Part shown: in pieces, positions 36,586 through 46,676 of the stretch
Position numbering within the stretch: position 1 is the stretch's first letter
Layout of the letters: each line of letters begins with the position of its first letter
Assembly: GCA_041484665.1 (NCBI GenBank)
Contig: JBGPIA010000008.1
Location: 120,701 to 184,700, forward strand
Source: Candidatus Krumholzibacteriia bacterium
GTDB taxonomy: Bacteria > Krumholzibacteriota > Krumholzibacteriia > JAJRXK01
DNA length: 64,000 nucleotides
Direction: 5' to 3'
Translations under genes and position numbers: made by a program
The notes under the pieces: generated by a model
What the model was told of the DNA's origin: nothing
Seen by the model: the letters and a program-made list of their open reading frames with translations, nothing else
Database searches by the model: none

Positions 36586-39552
36586 GTGCATAGTCAGGCG
36601 GCTGCCCGCCCGCGCGGGATCACCCCCGGCCCGCACCACGCCAGGAGGAACACCGGGTTGTCCGCTGCCTGCCAGCGTCCCCCGCTCCACATCCGTGCCG
36701 CGCTCGTGCGGCTGGCCGGTTCCGCGCGTGGGGGGCTCGTCGCATCCACGCTCGCAACGTTGGCCGCACCCGGGCGCGCCGCATCTGGGCTCGTCGCCCT
36801 CGCCATGCTCGCCGCCGTCACCACCTGCTCGCTGCTGGGCGGGTGCAGCGTCGCCGCGCGCGGCCGCGCCGCGCTGCAGCCCCTGTTGACGCCGCGCACG
36901 CCAGTTCTTCGCCCGTTGGAGCACCCTCTGGTCGACGCGGCGGCCGTCGCCCTCCTCGACCAGCTCCGCGACGCGGGCCAGCGCGGTGACTACCGCTCGG
37001 CCTCGCGCCGCCTGCTGCTCTCGCCTCTCGCCGATGGGACGAACGCCTGGGAGGCGAGCGCGCTGGGCTGGGCGTTGCTGCGCCAGGCGCCAACGCTCCT
37101 GCCAGCACCGTGGCCCACCGAGCCGCGCTCGGAGCCCGCGCTGCAGGCGTGGCTGCGGCTCGAGCTGGCGCAGGGCCGCGCGCTCGACACGGAGCTCTGG
37201 CTGGTGCAGGCACGGGGTCAGACGCCGACCGACTGCGAGCTGGTGATCGTGGGCGGGGACCACTCGTGGCGGTCGGGACCGCAGACTCTCGCCGTCCCTG
37301 CTCGGGATAAGCGAAGCTGGCCGCTCGCTGCCGATGCCACGTTGCCGCTGGCGACCCTGCAGGCACCGGGCGCCGAGTTCCTGCGCGAGCTCGACGGCGC
37401 GCTCTGGCTGGAATCCCGCGACGGCCGGCGCGGCGTCGACCTGCGTTCCGGCGCGCTGACGCTCGGCCCGCTGCGGTCGTGGGCCGAATGGAACATGACC
37501 TGGGCCGAGCGCCGCGAGGGGCGTACTGGGCTCGCCAAGCCCGTCCTCGCCATGCTCGCGCGCGACGTACGCCTGGAGCTGCGCACCAGCGATCTGCCCG
37601 TGGGTGAGGGGGACGTGTGGAGCTGGTGGCTCGCGCGCGACGGCGCCTGCGCGCCGCTTCCGCTCACGCGGCCCACCGCCCGCACGCTGGTCTCCCTGGT
37701 CGCCGCCCCGCACCGCTGGGGAATCGAGCAGGGCTGGCTCACGCTGGAACGCGACGCGTCGGGAAACGCGACGCTGGCGCTGTTCGCAGCGCCGTTGCGC
37801 GCCCTGCCGCCCGCTGATGCCGGCGGCGCGGCGGCCCGGGCCGTCACGGCCGCGGCGCGAGCGGACTTGGCCGCCTCCGGTGGTGGTCCGACCATCTGCC
37901 AAGCTATCCCGCCGCGTCCTGCTGGCGACTGGCCCCACGATCGAACCCGCGAAAGTACTGGCAACCGTACCGGCGAGCGTGCGGGTGAACGCGCGGACAA
38001 CCACGGCAGCACGGCACGCAGGGCACGCGGTGGCTTTGACCCGTGGTTCGCGTGGCGTCTCGTCCACACCGGAGTCCTGCTCGCGCGATGGGACCCCCGG
38101 CAGGGCGCCGTGCCCGAGCCGGGCGTCACCTGGTCGACGCACGACGGCGGGACAACGTGGGAGCTGACGCTCCCGCTGCCCGGCGCGCGCGCCGCGCTGC
38201 CGGCGATCACGCCGCAGGACTGGGCCAGGGCGTGGCGAACGGCGATCGGTGGCAGCAGCAGCACTCGCAGCATCGGCAGCGTCGCCGGCACGGACAGCAC
38301 ACAAGCGCTCGCGGCCTCCAACACTTCGCCCGTGGACGCCGACGACTGGCTGCTGGGCCGGCTGGCGCGCGGTCGGGTCACGCCCTCCTCGCGCGGTCTG
38401 CGCGTGGAGTTCGATGCGCCTGTCCCCGACCTGCCCGCTCGACTGGCCTGCCCCCGGCTCGCGCTCCAGGATCCCACCCTCTCCGCGCGATTCGCCACCC
38501 ACCGGTTCGCCACGCTCCCGCGCCTGGACCAGCTCGCCGCACGGCACGCCGACAGCGCATCGCTCGCGCTCGTCGAGGAGGCCGATCCGCTAGTGCGCCG
38601 TACGCAGTTCCTGCTCGGCGAGACGCAGATCCTGCGCCCCTGGGAAATCGCCCTGGACGATCCGCTGACCCGTGCTCCGGTTGCCGCGGGCCCGGCAGCC
38701 CTCGGCGATAGCGCGCGCTGGCGCGCCGTGCGGGAGCCCGACCGGTGCGTGGCGCTCACCTGCGATCCAGCTTCGCCCCCACAGGCGCGGCAGCGTCTGT
38801 CGCAGGTGCTGCGGCGCCTGTCGCCGGTGGAGTTGCTGGCCATCGACGACGAGCGGATGCGCCCCATCGGTCCGATCACGCAGGAGCCGCTCGCTTCAGA
38901 CGAGCAAGGCGACGAGACCATGACCGAAGACGCCGGCGAGGGGGCGACAACCGGGCGGCCGCTGGAGATCGAACTACGTCTGACGCCCGATGTGGGCGCC
39001 GAGCTCGCGCGCGCAGCGCAGCGCCTGGCGGTGCTGCTCGCGCCCTTGGAGATCCAGGTGATCGTGGAGGCGACCCCAGCTCCGCCGACCGAAGTCGGGA
39101 GTGCCGAGCGCAACGCGCCCCTCACGATCCACGCGCGGCTCGAGCGCGTCGTGTTGACGGCGGGGGAACCGCTGCTGCGCGCCCTGGAGCTTGCGGGGCA
39201 CGTGGGCGCGGGCGGCGCCGCGCGGCGGACGTCCCAGGATTCGCGAGCGTCGCAGGACTCGCAAGGAGCGCCACAGGCGCAAGTGTCCCCCGAGTCGCAA
39301 GCTGCCGCCGCGCCGCTGGGCGACCCGGCCCGACTGCGCGCAGCGCGCTCCATCGAGATCAGCTTGGTGCGGGATGGGCTGGCGGTGCCGCTGTGGACGG
39401 AGCCTGGCCTGGCTCTGCTCGATCGTCACATCGTAGATGAGGGACCGCTGGTGCCGGGCCTGCCGGTGTTGCTGCAGGAGGCGTACTTGAAGCTCTGGCG
39501 GAATCTCGAATCCCGCTTGGAGTCCGCGCTGACGAGCGGTGCGATGCCTTGA
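36586..39552 (+). CDS. Large hypothetical lipoprotein; C-terminal half may be a degenerate family-5 solute-binding fold
   Basis: 988-aa ORF, lipobox-like SLLGGC; 'PEPGVTWSTHDGGTTWELTL' resembles SBP5; true start probably later (~36805). Confidence 0.5.
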   Translation: MHSQAAARPRGITPGPHHARRNTGLSAACQRPPLHIRAALVRLAGSARGGLVASTLATLAAPGRAASGLVALAMLAAVTTCSLLGGCSVAARGRAALQPLLTPRTPVLRPLEHPLVDAAAVALLDQLRDAGQRGDYRSASRRLLLSPLADGTNAWEASALGWALLRQAPTLLPAPWPTEPRSEPALQAWLRLELAQGRALDTELWLVQARGQTPTDCELVIVGGDHSWRSGPQTLAVPARDKRSWPLAADATLPLATLQAPGAEFLRELDGALWLESRDGRRGVDLRSGALTLGPLRSWAEWNMTWAERREGRTGLAKPVLAMLARDVRLELRTSDLPVGEGDVWSWWLARDGACAPLPLTRPTARTLVSLVAAPHRWGIEQGWLTLERDASGNATLALFAAPLRALPPADAGGAAARAVTAAARADLAASGGGPTICQAIPPRPAGDWPHDRTRESTGNRTGERAGERADNHGSTARRARGGFDPWFAWRLVHTGVLLARWDPRQGAVPEPGVTWSTHDGGTTWELTLPLPGARAALPAITPQDWARAWRTAIGGSSSTRSIGSVAGTDSTQALAASNTSPVDADDWLLGRLARGRVTPSSRGLRVEFDAPVPDLPARLACPRLALQDPTLSARFATHRFATLPRLDQLAARHADSASLALVEEADPLVRRTQFLLGETQILRPWEIALDDPLTRAPVAAGPAALGDSARWRAVREPDRCVALTCDPASPPQARQRLSQVLRRLSPVELLAIDDERMRPIGPITQEPLASDEQGDETMTEDAGEGATTGRPLEIELRLTPDVGAELARAAQRLAVLLAPLEIQVIVEATPAPPTEVGSAERNAPLTIHARLERVVLTAGEPLLRALELAGHVGAGGAARRTSQDSRASQDSQGAPQAQVSPESQAAAAPLGDPARLRAARSIEISLVRDGLAVPLWTEPGLALLDRHIVDEGPLVPGLPVLLQEAYLKLWRNLESRLESALTSGAMP

Positions 39553-39634
39553 CGGGCGCAGCGGCGTGCCCGAAGCTTTCCCAACGTGCACGCAGGTGCA
39601 CGTGCCCCCGCTTCACCCCGAGGGAGCAACCACG

Positions 39635-40414
39635 ATGGCGCAGTCCACCCTGCGGTCCGCTCTTCGTATGGCCACGTTCGCCTGCATCCTTGCCCTCTCG
39701 CGGCTCACGCTGGCACTCCCACAGCCCGCCGAGGCTCCCAAGCCGGCGGACGTCCCGGTCAAGATGGCCTCGTACGTGATCGGCCTGCTGCGGCGCGGCC
39801 CCAACGCGCCTGCGCCCGGCACCACTTCGACCCCCGAGATGGACAAGCTGCAAGCCGACCACCTTGCGCACATCCGCTCCATGTGGACGGCCGGCAAGCT
39901 GGTCGGCGCCGGACCGCTGACCGATGACGGTGACCTGCGCGGGATCCTGATCTTCAAGGAGGGGTCCCTCGACGACGTGAAGGCGCTCGCGGAAGGGGAC
40001 CCAAAGGTCAAGGCGGGTGTGCTGGCGCTGGAGCTCCACCCGTGGCTCGGCCCGGAGGGAATCGGTGACAAGTACTCGGCGATGGCCAAAGCGAACCCGC
40101 AGATGCAGGACAAGATGGTGACCGTGTACTTCGCGCTGCTCAAGAAGGGAGCGGCGCGGACTCCGCAGGCCGCCGATGCGCAACGTCGACTGCAATCGGC
40201 CCACCTGGCCAACATCAGCCGGCTGATCAGGGAAGGCTCGATGGCCGCCGCCGGCCCCTTCCTGGACAACGGTGATCTGCGCGGGATCTTCGTCCTGCGT
40301 GCCGCCTCGCTGGAGGAGGCGAAGAAGCTCACCGACACCGACCCCGCCGTGCAGGCCGGGGAGCTGGCCGTCGATCTGCACCCCTGGATGGTGTCCGAGG
40401 GAGTGCTGCCGTAG
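39635..40414 (+). CDS. Secreted protein with two YCII-like domains
   Basis: Signal peptide; two copies of LQ..HLA.I..GPxxD.GDLRGI..DP.V.AG.L...LHPW. Confidence 0.85.
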   Translation: MAQSTLRSALRMATFACILALSRLTLALPQPAEAPKPADVPVKMASYVIGLLRRGPNAPAPGTTSTPEMDKLQADHLAHIRSMWTAGKLVGAGPLTDDGDLRGILIFKEGSLDDVKALAEGDPKVKAGVLALELHPWLGPEGIGDKYSAMAKANPQMQDKMVTVYFALLKKGAARTPQAADAQRRLQSAHLANISRLIREGSMAAAGPFLDNGDLRGIFVLRAASLEEAKKLTDTDPAVQAGELAVDLHPWMVSEGVLP

Positions 40415-40435
40415 TCCGGCAATCCCCCGCAAAGG

Positions 40436-40845
40436 ATGACGATGACAGAGCAGGATCACCGCCAGCTCGTGGAGCAGATCCACGCCGCGTTCGGCCGCGG
40501 CGACTTGCCGTTCATCCTCGGCGCTCTGGCGAAGGACCTCGACTGGTGCACCCGCAGCCAGGTGGGATCCCGTGGGGCGGCCGGCGCCGCAATCACGAGG
40601 AGATCACCGGCTTCTTCGTGGCGCTGGCCGAGCATCTCGACATCGAGGGCTTCGAGGTGCAGGAGCTTCTGGCGCGGGGCGACACGGTTGTGGTGTTCGG
40701 GCGGGAGCGCATGCGCGTGAAGTCCACCGGCCGCACCTACGAGACCGATTGGGTGCACGCCTGGACGCTGCGCGGTGGCAGTGTCGTGGCCTTCCGCGAG
40801 TACACCGACACGGCCGCGATCCTCGATGCGTTGCGGCCGCGTTAG
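40436..40845 (+). pseudogene. SnoaL/NTF2-like protein, frameshifted near 40546
   Basis: N-terminal AAFGRGDL..LAKDLDW in one frame; HPQPGGIPWGG..WVHAWTLRGG..FREYTDT in another; adding one G restores DWVHPQ. Confidence 0.75.
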
Positions 40846-40914
40846 GCGCCGCCGGGATCGCACGCGGCGACCAGCTGCCGTGGGTGCACCCGGCGCTGGG
40901 CACCTCACCGCGGG

Positions 40915-42234
40915 TCAGCCCATGGCGGCCGATACACCTGCGACGTACCCGCTCGCCCAGGCCCACTGGAAGTTGAACCCGCCGATGCGGCCATCGACGT
41001 CGCAGATCTCTCCGCAGAGATAGAGGCCACCGCACTGCCGCGATTCCATTGTCTCCAGCCGCAGCTCCGAGAGTGGCACGCCGCCGGCCGTCACCTCGGC
41101 CTCGCCGAAGCCACGATCGCCCGCGACCGGCAGCGGCATCTCCAGCAGCGCGCCCACGAGCCGCTTGCGCTGCTCGCGGGTCAGATCGCAGCCGCGCGCC
41201 CCGGGCTCCATGCCCGCCTGAGCGCACAGCGCTCGCAGCAGGCGCTCCGGCAGCCGTCCGCGCAGCAGGGACAGCACGCTCGAGGTGCCCAGCCCCCGCA
41301 GCTGCGCGTCGAGCTCCGCACTGCCGGCGTCGGGCAGCCAGGCCACCCACAGCCCCGCGCGTGGATCTTCGAATCGCGCCGCCAGCAGGTGGCGGCTGAT
41401 GTCCAGCACCACCGGACCCGACACGCCGAAATGCGTGCACAACAGAGGGCCCGTCAGCGCCACCCACCGGTGTCCGCTCCCCGAGCGCACCTCCACCCGC
41501 GCCGGTGTGGCGACGCCCGCCAGCGACCGCAGGACGTGCCCCTGCGGCAGCAGCAGCGGCACGAGCGCCGGGAAGATGCGCCGGGTCAACGTGTGCCCCA
41601 GCGACTGCGCGAGAGCGTAGCCGTGCCCGTCGGAGCCGCTCTTGGGAAGGCTGCGCCCGCCGGTCGCCAGGATCACGCGCGCGGCCTCCACGCTTCCCCA
41701 TTCGCCCACCGCGCGGAAGCCGGAGTCGCCCGCGGGCTCCGCCCGTCCGGCCGGCTCTGCTGCCCGCAGACGCTCCACGTGCTCCACACCTACCGCACGC
41801 TCCATGCGCTCCACGCGCCGTGGGTGCTCGATCGCCACGCCCGCATCGCGGGCGGTACGCAGCAACGCGTCCAGGACGGTCCGGGCCCGGTCGGTGACCG
41901 GGAACAGCTTGCCCGTCTCCTCGCGCTTGAGCTGCACGCCCAGCTCGTCGAAGAACGCCACAACCTGCTGCACGTCGAAGCGCCGCAGCACCTTGGCGAT
42001 CGAAGGCTGCGATGCTCCGGCGAACGCGCCGGCATCCACGCGCTCGTGGGTCACGTTGCAGCGTCCGCCGCCCGACACCAGGATCTTCGCGCCGAGCTTG
42101 CGCGCACCGTCCAGCAGCAGCACGCTGCGCCGCGGGTGGGTTCGCCGTGCCCAGATCGCGGCCATCAGCCCGGCGGCGCCGGCACCCACCACCATCAGAT
42201 CCACGCGTTGCCGTGGGTGCGCAGGTTCGCTCAC
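40915..42234 (-). CDS. HI0933/BaiN-family flavoprotein
   Basis: VVGAGAAG, KILVSGGGRCNVT, GKLFP, ATGGRS.P..GSDG, THFGVSGP, VTAGGV, GRIGGFNFQWAWASG. Confidence 0.92.
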   Translation of the reverse strand: MSEPAHPRQRVDLMVVGAGAAGLMAAIWARRTHPRRSVLLLDGARKLGAKILVSGGGRCNVTHERVDAGAFAGASQPSIAKVLRRFDVQQVVAFFDELGVQLKREETGKLFPVTDRARTVLDALLRTARDAGVAIEHPRRVERMERAVGVEHVERLRAAEPAGRAEPAGDSGFRAVGEWGSVEAARVILATGGRSLPKSGSDGHGYALAQSLGHTLTRRIFPALVPLLLPQGHVLRSLAGVATPARVEVRSGSGHRWVALTGPLLCTHFGVSGPVVLDISRHLLAARFEDPRAGLWVAWLPDAGSAELDAQLRGLGTSSVLSLLRGRLPERLLRALCAQAGMEPGARGCDLTREQRKRLVGALLEMPLPVAGDRGFGEAEVTAGGVPLSELRLETMESRQCGGLYLCGEICDVDGRIGGFNFQWAWASGYVAGVSAAMG

Positions 42235-42256
42235 ACGCCCCCTCTCCCCTGGGCTC

Positions 42257-43240
42257 TCATGGGGCATCGGCTTGCCGGATGCAACTCGAGAAGTGCGCGT
42301 CGTCCAGGCAGCGAGCGACGCGGCCGTTCACGCGAAAGCGCTCCCGCGCCTGCCCAAGCGGCAGATTGGTGTCGATGAGCCCCTGCTCGAATGCCAGCTG
42401 GTCCGAGTAGCCGGGCAGCAGTACCCGCCATCCGCCGCGCAGCTTGCGCGTCGCGACGCGGTTCACGTGACGCAGCAGGTTCGTCGTGCAGTTGCTGGTG
42501 AGCGTGTTGTAGAACTCGGGCCTTTCGCGCAGCGCGCTGGCGCGCTGGAGCATCTCGACCAGCAACGCCCGCGCCTTCTCCGGCGAGGCGCACACCGGAT
42601 AGACATAGACGTCGTTGCCATGGACGCACGTGCGCAACGTGATCAGGTCACGCTCGTCAGCCACGACGTAGAGCAGCTCGAACCGCTTGAGTAGGCCCTT
42701 CCACACCGAGTAGGTCTCGCCCAGCTCCTTGCGCGCCTCCACCGAGATGGCCAGGTACGACGAGTCGGCGAAGCCGAAGCTCAGGAAGCTGTGGGCGGGC
42801 CCGCGCCATTGCTTGCCGAAGGGGGCGAGCACGAACCACACGGTGCGCAGGGCGTCGAGGTCGTAGCTACGCTGCGTCCAGCAGGGCGTGAAGTTCCAAG
42901 GCGACTGCCAAGCGAAGCAGCGGATCCCGCTGACGTCCACGCGCGAGCCCGCGAAGCGCGCCTCCGGCATCATCGACTGCTCGGAGATCCACTGCCGGTC
43001 GTTGCGAGGATGGATCGACGCCCAGCGGACCGCCTCGGCCGCCACCAACAGCAGCGCCAGCGCCAGCGCGGCGCGCCGTGACGCGCGCCGCGGCCATCCG
43101 TGCCGCTGTCGCGCGGGCGAGCGCTGTTCGGGCCGCCGCCGTTTTGGACGCTGCCATGCGAGCCACCGCCACACCGGTCGCTGCCAGGCGGACCAGCGCC
43201 GCGCTGGCCCGTCGCTGCCACCTGCCCCCCTGCCGACCAC
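42257..43240 (-). CDS. DUF4105 (Lnb N-terminal-like) domain protein
   Basis: P.NDR.W, AHSFLSFGF, SVEARKE.GE.YS, DERDLI..R, FYNTLTSNCTTN, LLPGYSD; start uncertain. Confidence 0.85.
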   Translation of the reverse strand: MVGRGAGGSDGPARRWSAWQRPVWRWLAWQRPKRRRPEQRSPARQRHGWPRRASRRAALALALLLVAAEAVRWASIHPRNDRQWISEQSMMPEARFAGSRVDVSGIRCFAWQSPWNFTPCWTQRSYDLDALRTVWFVLAPFGKQWRGPAHSFLSFGFADSSYLAISVEARKELGETYSVWKGLLKRFELLYVVADERDLITLRTCVHGNDVYVYPVCASPEKARALLVEMLQRASALRERPEFYNTLTSNCTTNLLRHVNRVATRKLRGGWRVLLPGYSDQLAFEQGLIDTNLPLGQARERFRVNGRVARCLDDAHFSSCIRQADAP

Positions 43241-43339
43241 GGGACACCTCCGCGCGCGTGCAATCGCCTGGCTCGCGACCGTCGCGCTCCCTAGATTGAG
43301 CCCGCCGCCCTCGATTCCCAAGGCCCAAGCGAGCCGCCC

Positions 43340-43768
43340 ATGGACACCGTCGCGACCTGGACCCAGGACCTCGAGTTCCGCGTGCAGTTTCCCCACGGGG
43401 AGGCGCTGACCCTGGCCAGTGTGCCGGTGCCCAATCGACCGGGACCTGGCCCGTCGCCCGTGGAGGCCTTACTGGCGGCCCTGGCCTCCTGCTCGGGGAT
43501 CGACGTGGTCCTGATCCTGGGCCGCATGCGTAAGACCTTGACCGGTCTGCGCATCGAGGTGGCCGCTGCCCGCCGCGACGAGGAGCCCCGCGTCTTCACT
43601 CACATCGACCTTGCGTATCACGTGGAGGGGCCGGACATCGATCCGGCCTCGGTCACACGCGCCGTTACACTCTCCCAGGAGAAATACTGCTCTGTAGCGG
43701 CGATGCTGCGCCCATCGGTGGAGCTGGGTTGGCGGATCGTGCTCAACGGCCAGCCACTGGGCACCTGA
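43340..43768 (+). CDS. OsmC family protein
   Basis: PSPVEALLAALASCSGIDV..LSQEKYCSV. Confidence 0.9.
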   Translation: MDTVATWTQDLEFRVQFPHGEALTLASVPVPNRPGPGPSPVEALLAALASCSGIDVVLILGRMRKTLTGLRIEVAAARRDEEPRVFTHIDLAYHVEGPDIDPASVTRAVTLSQEKYCSVAAMLRPSVELGWRIVLNGQPLGT

Positions 43769-44026
43769 TCCGGTCGCGGCCGGCGCTGGCGGCTCCAGCC
43801 GCGCTGATCCGCCAGCGCTACGGTCCCAATCTCACCCCCCCGGCCAGCGCAGCGCCTTCAGCCGCACTGCGCGGTCGGTGCGACCGAACGCTCACCGCTG
43901 GCCAGCCCCGAGATCGGCCTGCGCCGTCGCTCCGAGACCCCATCCCGGGGTGTTCCATCCGCGGCTTGTGCGCTACACTCCCCGCCAACCAAACCACGGA
44001 AACCCGACCACATCCAGGAGGTGCTT

Positions 44027-44671
44027 GTGGCAGGCAAGAAGAAGAGCAAGGCCAAAGCGAGGTCGAAGAAGGCGCGAGCCAAGGCCGCGAAGAAGCCCAA
44101 GAAGGCCATGAAGGCGAAGGCCAGGCCCAAGGCAAAGGCGAACGCCAGACCCAAGGCAAAGTCGAAGGCGAAAGCCAAGGCAAAGCCGAGGGCAAAGGCC
44201 AAGCCAAAGGCAAAGGCCAAGCCGAAGGCGAAGGCCAAGGCGAAGACGGCGAAGACCCCGAAGGTCTCCGCCCACCCGTCGGTTCCCAACGCGTGCGGGC
44301 TCCTCACGTGGCACATCGACTACTCGACCCACAACCTGGATGAGGTCAAGCGCTTCTACACCGAGCAGCTCGGGTTCACGAAGTTCAATCACGACTCCAC
44401 GTTCAACTACCTGATGGTCTCAACGTCGCCCAGCTCGAGTATCGGTTTCATGCCGCCCGCTCCCGAGATGGGCCCCCCGATGCCCCCCCTCGAGCCGACG
44501 CTCTACTTGATGGTCAAAGACGTGGACAAGGCCTACTCCGATCTGCAGGGGCGGGGCGTGGTCTTCAGCGGACCGCCGGCCGATATGCCGTGGGGGCACC
44601 GTGTCGTGATGACACGCGATCCCGAGGGCCGCAACGTGATGCTGGCCCAGCAGAAGATGAGATTGGGCTGA
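44027..44671 (+). CDS. VOC/glyoxalase-family protein with Lys/Ala-rich histone H1-like N-terminal extension
   Basis: AGGAGG RBS; ~80 aa of KAKAKP repeats; then FYTEQLGF..YLMVKDVD..PWGHR..DPEGRNV. Confidence 0.8.
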   Translation: MAGKKKSKAKARSKKARAKAAKKPKKAMKAKARPKAKANARPKAKSKAKAKAKPRAKAKPKAKAKPKAKAKAKTAKTPKVSAHPSVPNACGLLTWHIDYSTHNLDEVKRFYTEQLGFTKFNHDSTFNYLMVSTSPSSSIGFMPPAPEMGPPMPPLEPTLYLMVKDVDKAYSDLQGRGVVFSGPPADMPWGHRVVMTRDPEGRNVMLAQQKMRLG

Positions 44672-44877
44672 AGCACCTTCGCTTGCCGCCGCAGCGGCCC
44701 CCGTGTCTGGCGTGGAGGCAGTCCCGCCACCGCGTACACCGCGCGGACGAGCAGCTTTGCGGGCCGGGCCCGCCTGGCGCATGGCGCTGGGCCGCTCGGC
44801 CCGACTTCGTGCAGGGCGCCCCGCGCGGCGTGCCTGCCCACCTGCAACCACACGTTCAGCTTCAAGGGGAAACCTCA

Positions 44878-45981
44878 ATGCAGTACCAGATCCGGATGGG
44901 GGGCGCGTTGCTGCGACGCGTCCTGGCGGTGTTCGGGCTCGCGCTCTTCGCGGGCAGCGTGAGCTGCTCGGCTGCGCCTCCGCCCGACGCGGTCAAGGCG
45001 GACGGCCTCTACGCCGTGTTCGAGACCTCGATGGGCCCCGTCGTGTGCAAGCTGTTCAACGACAAGATCCCGATCACCGTCGGCAATTTCGTCGGCCTCG
45101 CCGAAGGCACGAAGGAGTGGACCGATCCCAAGACCAGCCAGAAGGTCAAGAAGCCCTTCTACGACGGTCTGAAGTTCCACCGCGTGATCAAGAACTTCAT
45201 GCTCCAGGGAGGAGACCCCCTGGGCAACGGCACCGGCGGGCCGGGCTACTCGTTCATCGACGAGTTCGATCCCAGCCTGCGCTTCGACGCCCCCGGCATG
45301 CTAGCGATGGCCAATGCCGGGCCCGGAACGAACGGGAGCCAGTTCTTCATCACGCAGGTGCCCACACCAAACCTCAACGACAAGCACACCATCTTCGGCC
45401 GCGTAGTGGCCGGGCAGGACGTGGTCGACAAGATCGCGACGGCCCCCGTCAACGGCTCCACACCCACGCCCGACATCGTCATCAAGAAGCTCACGATCGT
45501 GCGTACGGGCGCAGCCGCCAAGGCATTCGATGCCGCGAAGGCATTTGCGATGAAGGACCAGGCCGCGGCCAAACCGAAGACCGGGGAGGAGACGCAGATG
45601 AAGGAGTTCCTGCAGAAGCAGGGAGCCGACCTCACCAAGGCGGTCGCAACGGCCAGCGGCTTGAGGTACATCGTGATCAAGCCCGGCACCGGCGCCCAGC
45701 CCAAGCAAGGCGAGACGATCTCCGCCCATTACACGGGCTATCTGACCAACGGCACGAAGTTCGAATCCAGCCGCGACCGCGGACAGCCGTTCCAGACTGC
45801 GATCGGCGTGAGGAGCGTGATCAAGGGATGGGACGAGGGATTCCTGGGCATGAAGGTGGGCGAGAAGCGCTGGCTGGTCATCCCGCCAGATCTGGCCTAC
45901 GGCGGCCCGGGACGTCCGCCCCTCATCCCGCCCAACGCCACGCTGCTCTTCGACGTGGAGCTGTTGGACGTCGTCAAGTAG
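44878..45981 (+). CDS. Cyclophilin-FKBP fusion peptidyl-prolyl isomerase
   Basis: FHRVIKNFMLQGGDP..MANAGPGTNGSQFFIT (cyclophilin); HYTGYL.NG.KF.SS..VIKGWDEG..IPPNATLLFDVEL (FKBP); signal peptide. Confidence 0.93.
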   Translation: MQYQIRMGGALLRRVLAVFGLALFAGSVSCSAAPPPDAVKADGLYAVFETSMGPVVCKLFNDKIPITVGNFVGLAEGTKEWTDPKTSQKVKKPFYDGLKFHRVIKNFMLQGGDPLGNGTGGPGYSFIDEFDPSLRFDAPGMLAMANAGPGTNGSQFFITQVPTPNLNDKHTIFGRVVAGQDVVDKIATAPVNGSTPTPDIVIKKLTIVRTGAAAKAFDAAKAFAMKDQAAAKPKTGEETQMKEFLQKQGADLTKAVATASGLRYIVIKPGTGAQPKQGETISAHYTGYLTNGTKFESSRDRGQPFQTAIGVRSVIKGWDEGFLGMKVGEKRWLVIPPDLAYGGPGRPPLIPPNATLLFDVELLDVVK

Positions 45982-46064
45982 CCGGGAGCCAGCGGGCGGG
46001 CCTTGGGCCCGCCGCGGCGCGCTGTGAGCAACCGGCTGGGCGAGCGTGCCCGGCCGGTTCTGCT

Positions 46065-46676
46065 TCACCCGGACAGTCCCAGCGCCTGCAACTTGCCCAC
46101 CGCGCGCAGAACCGAGGCGTCCGATTGCAGATCGCGCACGTGCGGCAGCGCGACCCAGCGCGCCGCGCGCGCGTCGGAGCGTGCCACCAGGTCCCGGTCT
46201 TGGGCGAACAGCAGGAAACGCACGTCGAAGTGCTCGTGGCGCGGATCGGCGTTGCGCGCGGGGATAGCGTGGAGGTCGATGTCGAAGATCCCCGTGGTCG
46301 GCGTGCCTTCATCGCGAGCGCGGACGCCCGTCTCCTCGAGCAGCTCGCGGCGCGCGGCCGCCAGGATCGAGGCGTCATCCGGGTCGACGTGCCCGCCGGG
46401 TTGCAGCCACAGGCCGAGCTTGCCGTGCAGCACCAGCAGCAGGTCGCGCCCGTCGGGCGAGAGCACGAACGCGCTCGCGGTGAAGTGCCCGGGCTCGAAG
46501 CGGCCGGCTGCGAAGGGGTCGCCGGGAGCGCGCAGCAGCGCGAGCATGCGCTGGCGGTAGGCCTCCTCGGCAGCGTCGTGGGCGCGAAACGCTGCGAGCA
46601 TTCCCTCCAGCGAAGTACGCCGGTTCGCCGCAACGGGCGCGGGTTCTCGAGCCGGCTGCCCCCCGGACCCCCTCAT
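46065..46676 (-). CDS. NUDIX hydrolase
   Basis: GHFTASA, WLQPGGH.D....AARRELLEETG, H.HFD.RF. Confidence 0.9.
   Translation of the reverse strand: MRGSGGQPAREPAPVAANRRTSLEGMLAAFRAHDAAEEAYRQRMLALLRAPGDPFAAGRFEPGHFTASAFVLSPDGRDLLLVLHGKLGLWLQPGGHVDPDDASILAAARRELLEETGVRARDEGTPTTGIFDIDLHAIPARNADPRHEHFDVRFLLFAQDRDLVARSDARAARWVALPHVRDLQSDASVLRAVGKLQALGLSG

Noticed and set aside
44878..45981. Cyclophilin-FKBP fusion as a novelty
   Set aside because: Such dual-family immunophilins are already known in bacteria
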